Positions 59,810 to 64,000 of a stretch of DNA of 64,000 nt are shown piece after piece. This DNA comes from an uncultured Oscillospiraceae bacterium (GTDB lineage Bacteria > Bacteroidota > Bacteroidia > Bacteroidales > Bacteroidaceae), in NCBI GenBank assembly GCA_963625935.1, contig CAVFVD010000009.1, positions 4,094-68,093 on the forward strand, read 5' to 3'. Both the position numbers and the translations under genes were made by a program. Position 1 is the first letter of the stretch, and each line of letters opens with the position of its first letter. Below the pieces are notes generated by a model, which ran no database searches, was not told where the DNA came from, and saw only the letters and a program-made list of their open reading frames with translations.

Positions 59810-60536
59810 CCTGTCCGGGCTGCACGCTGCGGAAATGGCGCATCAGGCTATAGCATTGCTCTGCGTCGAAACCGCGAGCGGCGGCGTACGCCTCGGAAAG
59901 CACGCGGTGCATGTGCGCCGTAGCGGGGAGGCGCTCAAAATTCTTGCAGCCCGCCCGCATGTCAAGCTTTCCGACGGCCATCCTATTGAGGTCGACGATG
60001 TCAAGGCGCACCTGCCCGTCCGGGTCTATCGCGAAGAGGATGTTGGCGCGACCGTAGTCCTTGTGGGCTAAGCCGTGCTCGTGCAAAACCGCCGTCACGC
60101 GTCCCACTTCGCGCAGAACCTTGTCGGCTTGGCCGCTTTCAAAGGAAAACAAATCCTCATACCGGTAGGGACAGTCCGAGCGCAGCGTGACGAGGTAGCT
60201 TTCCCCGAAAGCCAAGCCGCGGCGCACGTTCATATACCCTACGGGCTCGGGCGTGCCGACTCCTATTTTCACATAAAGCAGGCCGTTGCGGTACGCCCTC
60301 AAAGCCTTTGACGGGCGAAGCAAGCCATAGACCCAGCGGTTGACAACGTGGGGGCGGCCGAAGCGCTTAACCACATAGTCCGTCCCCTCATAGCTGATGC
60401 GGCGCAGCTGGTTGCGCCCGTTGTGAATCACCTCGCCCTCTCCCGCCTCAAAACGGGACGGCAGGGAAAGCATAAAGTCACGCAGCCCGGCGAAACGGGG
60501 ATTGAGCACCAAGGTTCTATGATTCCAAAGAGACAT
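59793..60536 (-). CDS. Lipopolysaccharide (Kdo/WaaP-family) kinase-like protein
   Basis: HNGRNQLRRISYEGTDYVVKRF...GLAHKDYGRANILF...DLNRM. Confidence 0.65.
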   Translation of the reverse strand: MSLWNHRTLVLNPRFAGLRDFMLSLPSRFEAGEGEVIHNGRNQLRRISYEGTDYVVKRFGRPHVVNRWVYGLLRPSKALRAYRNGLLYVKIGVGTPEPVGYMNVRRGLAFGESYLVTLRSDCPYRYEDLFSFESGQADKVLREVGRVTAVLHEHGLAHKDYGRANILFAIDPDGQVRLDIVDLNRMAVGKLDMRAGCKNFERLPATAHMHRVLSEAYAAARGFDAEQCYSLMRHFRSVQPGQVEGEF

Positions 60537-60611
60537 TTCGTATTTCTGTATATATACATAAGCACGGAGCGGCCACTATGCGTTTCCACCTATGCTTTCG
60601 CCGCCTTTCCG

Positions 60612-61751
60612 TCACTCCGCCAAAGGGTGGTAGTAGCGGGTGGAAGCGGCTTTCCCGCTGAATATCCCGTGCCACTCGCGCAAGAGCCTTTCGGGGTGGA
60701 ACGGGGTTTCCTCGTAGAAGGGAACATCAAGGGTGTTGCACGCCCAGACACGGCGCGTCTGCCACGGGCGGAAGAGCTTGTACTGCGGACAATCACGCGC
60801 CATCGTCTTGTAAGTAAGCGTGACGGGCGAGGCGTATTTCACCAGCCAAATGTCCGCGTTTCGCGCTTTGGCGAAGACGGTCTCCAAATCCAAGGCAAGG
60901 CTTCCGCTTTCGCTTGTGCCCGACCAAGGATGGGCTGCCCCCGCGTCTGAGAGCATCTGCCCTATTGTGCTTTTCCCCGCCGGCTGATACCATACGGCGG
61001 AGGTCTTTAAGTCGCAAAGCACAACGGGGCGCGAAGCCTTGCTGCGTTGCTCTGAGGCTTTCTTGCGCAAGTCTTCGTACGCGCCCGCAACGGCTTTGAA
61101 AAGAGAGTCGCTTTTCTCGGCGCAACCGAAAAGGCGGCCGTAGAAGCGCATCCACTCGGCGCGCCCAAGGGGAGAGGTCTCGAGGTAGTCGGCGCACTGC
61201 ACCAAAGGCACGCCAAGCGTTGCCAATGCACCCGCGCCGGAGTTTTCCATCGGCGAAACCAACATCGCATCCGGTTTGGCCGCTCGCAGTAGCTCCAAAT
61301 CCGGACGGAACGCGCTGCCCAAGGCGGGCAGCAGGCCCGAGTGCACCTTTTCGCGGAGCGTGGGAGAAACTATGTACTCAAAGTCAGTGACACCCGCGAC
61401 ACGGGAAAGCACGCCCAGCTCCTCCAAAAGGGCCGCGTGCACCGCAGTCGTAACCACCGCCCTGCTGAGCGGCGTGCGCAGCACCATGCCCTCCGGCCTG
61501 ATATTGGGCACGGGGCGGCCCTGCGGCACGAGGATGTAAGCGGCGAGCTTCTCCTCCGCGCCCTTGCTCCACGGGTTGCGCACTACGGCGTATGTGAAAC
61601 TGTCCGCCTCCGCCATACTAAGGAGCGAGGCGTAGCGCACAGGGATTTCTTTGAGACTGGCCGCGTTTCCGCTTCGTCTTCCGCCGCAGCCGCACAAAAG
61701 GGAAAGCGACACACTGAGAAACAAAAGCGACAGAAAGGGCTGGAAAGACAT
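60612..61751 (-). CDS. ABC importer periplasmic binding lipoprotein (BtuF/FhuD-like)
   Basis: Lipobox SLLCGC, with the start taken at the internal ATG. Class III binding-protein pattern. Confidence 0.7.
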   Translation of the reverse strand: MSFQPFLSLLFLSVSLSLLCGCGGRRSGNAASLKEIPVRYASLLSMAEADSFTYAVVRNPWSKGAEEKLAAYILVPQGRPVPNIRPEGMVLRTPLSRAVVTTAVHAALLEELGVLSRVAGVTDFEYIVSPTLREKVHSGLLPALGSAFRPDLELLRAAKPDAMLVSPMENSGAGALATLGVPLVQCADYLETSPLGRAEWMRFYGRLFGCAEKSDSLFKAVAGAYEDLRKKASEQRSKASRPVVLCDLKTSAVWYQPAGKSTIGQMLSDAGAAHPWSGTSESGSLALDLETVFAKARNADIWLVKYASPVTLTYKTMARDCPQYKLFRPWQTRRVWACNTLDVPFYEETPFHPERLLREWHGIFSGKAASTRYYHPLAE

Positions 61752-61931
61752 TCGCCCTTCCGTCAAAATACCTTTCCGCGCTTTCAAGCCGCGTGTGCAG
61801 ACGTTGCAATCCATAATGTGTCAGCCAGCGGACGGCGTTACCGCCAAATTCCCTTACTCTGTTTTTCCTTTAAACCGCCGTCTTTCCCCCGAAAACGTAT
61901 TCCGGGACATTTTTCTTGCCTGATATTTCCG

Positions 61932-62972
61932 CTAAACAGTAATCTCGCCGCAAATGCTGGTATTGGTCATGCGGATAAGCTCCTCGCCCTTGTAGCCGTG
62001 CCCAAGGAGAAACATCAGCTTAGTAAGCATGCACTCGACGGTGCTATCATATCCGTTTACCACGCCCGCTTGCAGGAGCTGCAGGCCCGTTTCGTAGCGG
62101 TGCATCTCCACGGTTCCCTTGTAGCACTGAGTAATGTTCACAACCAGGACTCCGCGGTCGACGAGCTGGCGGATGCTTTCCACGAGCCACTGCTTCTGGG
62201 GCGCGTTGCCCGCTCCGTATGTTTTCAGTATGACGGCCTTTAAGCCGGGCACGGACAAGCAAGTGTCCACCACCTCGCGCCGTATCCCGGGGAACAGTGT
62301 GAGTATCATCACGTTGGTGTCAAGCAGGAAGTGGGGCGTGAACCTAACCCCAGGGGCAGGGCGCCGTATGAGGTGGGTCTCGTACTTAATGTGGATGCCC
62401 GCGTGAGCAAGCGAGGGCAGATTGAAACTACGGAAGGCGCTAAAGCCTTCGGCGTTGGTCTTCGTGGTGCGGTTTCCGCGCATCAGACGGCTCTCGAAAA
62501 AGATGCAGACCTCGGGCACAACCGGCCGTCCGTACGCGTCACGCGCGGCGGCAATCTCGATGCTGGTCAGGAGGTTCTCTTTTCCGTCCGTGCGGAGCTG
62601 TCCGATGGGAAGTTGCGAGCCGGTAATCACCACGGGCTTGCCTACATTTTCCAGCAGAAAGCTCAGAGCCGACGCGGTATACGCCATCGTGTCCGTGCCA
62701 TGCAGAAGCACGAAGCCGTCGTAGCGTTCGTAGTGGTCGGCGATGATGCGCGTCATCTTCACCCAATAGCGCGGCTCCATGTCGCTCGAATCTATGGGCG
62801 GGTCGAAAGCGAGCGCGTCTATATGGTAATTGAACCTCTTCAGCTCGGGCACGTAGTGGCGGAACTGCTCAAAGTCAAAGTTCTCCAGCGCGCCGGTCTC
62901 GGGGTTCTCAATCATGCCGATGGTGCCGCCCGTGTATATGATGAGTATGTTGGGGATATGCGGTTGCTCCAT
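61932..62972 (-). CDS. ansA: L-asparaginase, type I
   Basis: ILIIYTGGTIGM...LLHGTDTMAYTASAL. Confidence 0.9.
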   Translation of the reverse strand: MEQPHIPNILIIYTGGTIGMIENPETGALENFDFEQFRHYVPELKRFNYHIDALAFDPPIDSSDMEPRYWVKMTRIIADHYERYDGFVLLHGTDTMAYTASALSFLLENVGKPVVITGSQLPIGQLRTDGKENLLTSIEIAAARDAYGRPVVPEVCIFFESRLMRGNRTTKTNAEGFSAFRSFNLPSLAHAGIHIKYETHLIRRPAPGVRFTPHFLLDTNVMILTLFPGIRREVVDTCLSVPGLKAVILKTYGAGNAPQKQWLVESIRQLVDRGVLVVNITQCYKGTVEMHRYETGLQLLQAGVVNGYDSTVECMLTKLMFLLGHGYKGEELIRMTNTSICGEITV

Positions 62973-63088
62973 TAGCGTTGTTTCTCGTAAGATTGTGCAA
63001 GGTTGCCTGAGTGGCGGAGGGATACGTGCTGCCGCCGGATTGCGGCAAACTACGCCGCGCGGGGGATTCTCGCGGAAGCGGAAACGGC

Positions 63089-64000
63089 TTACCGCCCGAA
63101 GAGCTTGCGCAGTTTTCCGACTAAGCCGCCTTTGCGCCCGTCCTCCTTAAAGGTCCCGCTGCCGTAGCCGTACCCGTACCCATACCCGCAGCCTCCGCCG
63201 TAGCGCGAAAGCTTTACGTCGGCGTCGTTCACCACGGTGCAGATGTGCGTCAAACGCTTCTCCTGGTACATGCGTTCGAGTTTGGGCAGGAAATCCCTGC
63301 GCTCGCGTCCGGCGCGAACGACGAAGAGCGTAAGGTCGGCAAACTTGTCGAGCACGCTCGCGTCGGCGATGGAGAAGTAAGGGGTGCCGTCTACAAGCAC
63401 ATAGTCGTAGGTTTTCCTCAGCTGGGCGAAAACCTCCGCCAGGCGCGGCGACATAAGCAGCTCGGTGGGGTTGGGCGGCTGCGGGCCGGCGGGAAGCAGG
63501 TCCACGCCCTTTGCCAGTCCTTCTTTCCGTATGAAGGCGGACACGTCGTCCGCGTCTCCCGCGATGTAGGACGTAAGTCCGTGCCCTGAGGCAAAGCGCT
63601 TGCTGAGCGTGCGCTTGCGGATGTCTCCGTCCACCATTACGACTTTGTGCCCCGCCATTGCGAGTATCACCGCCATGTTGCGGACCACGAAGCTCTTTCC
63701 CTGCCCCGGCGTGGAGCTTGTGGTAAGCAGCACACGCGGGTCGCCGGGGATGAAGCCGAGCGAGAAGCGGAGTATGCGGAACGCCTCCACGAGCGGCGCG
63801 TCAGAGTGCATGCCGGTGATTATTTTGCCCGGCACGTTGTCGCTCATACGCGGTATCTCGCCGAGGATGGGCATTGTCGTGGCTTTCTCCAAGTCATGCC
63901 GCCCGTGCACAGTCACGTCTGAGGCTATCACAAGCCATACCACGGCGGAGGGGATTGCAATTCCGAGCAAAAGCGCAACAAGCATGATGACGCCACCTCG
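63089..64000 (-). CDS. Polysaccharide-export tyrosine autokinase (Wzc/EpsB-like), C-terminal part; N-terminus beyond window
   Basis: Walker A motif TSSTPGQGKSFV; C-terminal Tyr cluster YGGGCGYGYGYGYGSG. The frame is open to position 64000. Confidence 0.85.
   Translation of the reverse strand, partial: RGGVIMLVALLLGIAIPSAVVWLVIASDVTVHGRHDLEKATTMPILGEIPRMSDNVPGKIITGMHSDAPLVEAFRILRFSLGFIPGDPRVLLTTSSTPGQGKSFVVRNMAVILAMAGHKVVMVDGDIRKRTLSKRFASGHGLTSYIAGDADDVSAFIRKEGLAKGVDLLPAGPQPPNPTELLMSPRLAEVFAQLRKTYDYVLVDGTPYFSIADASVLDKFADLTLFVVRAGRERRDFLPKLERMYQEKRLTHICTVVNDADVKLSRYGGGCGYGYGYGYGSGTFKEDGRKGGLVGKLRKLFGR

Overview
The window has two parts. Positions 1 to about 31.8 kb are the right-hand portion of an integrated temperate-phage-like element. 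The rest is host chromosome of a high-GC Bacteroidales-type bacterium. I infer that host from Bacteroidetes -33 TTTG / -7 TAnnTTTG promoters, Fkp, TamA/TamB and the str operon; an Alistipes-like identity is only a guess.

Phage part. Most genes run leftward on the minus strand. Recognisable elements are:
- an XRE/S24-like repressor facing an early operon across a face-to-face promoter switch
- an excisionase-type HTH protein
- RecT with a YqaJ-like exonuclease, and SSB
- a replication-organiser-like protein and MazG
- a C5 DNA methyltransferase with circularly permuted motif order
- an array of six or seven translationally coupled micro-ORFs carrying three G8 homopolymer tracts
- a 927-aa orphan protein
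- a small opposite-strand cluster containing three paralogues
- a giant polyvalent-protein ORF that the ORF track does not list. It is at least 3,319 codons (9959 down to 1) and runs off the left edge.

No integrase, terminase, portal or capsid gene is recognisable in the window. A Panacea-type antitoxin/toxin pair sits at the right end of the element.

Host part:
- an MFS exporter, then four copies of a perfect 85-bp tandem repeat
- tamB and a tamA/bamA-like gene, then 21/63-bp repeats
- rpsJ-fusA-rpsG-rpsL, with rpsJ not followed by rplC
- a 10.2-kb plus-strand block: TlpA-like thioredoxin, non-specific nuclease, S8 peptidase, fkp, 5'-nucleotidase, aguA, aguB. It is bracketed exactly by two 374-bp inverted repeats that each contain a canonical promoter.
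- a minus-strand cluster: FecCD permease, glf, GT2, Kdo-kinase-like, binding protein, ansA, and a partial Wzc-like kinase.

All calls come from reading and translating the sequence by eye. No searches or computations were run.
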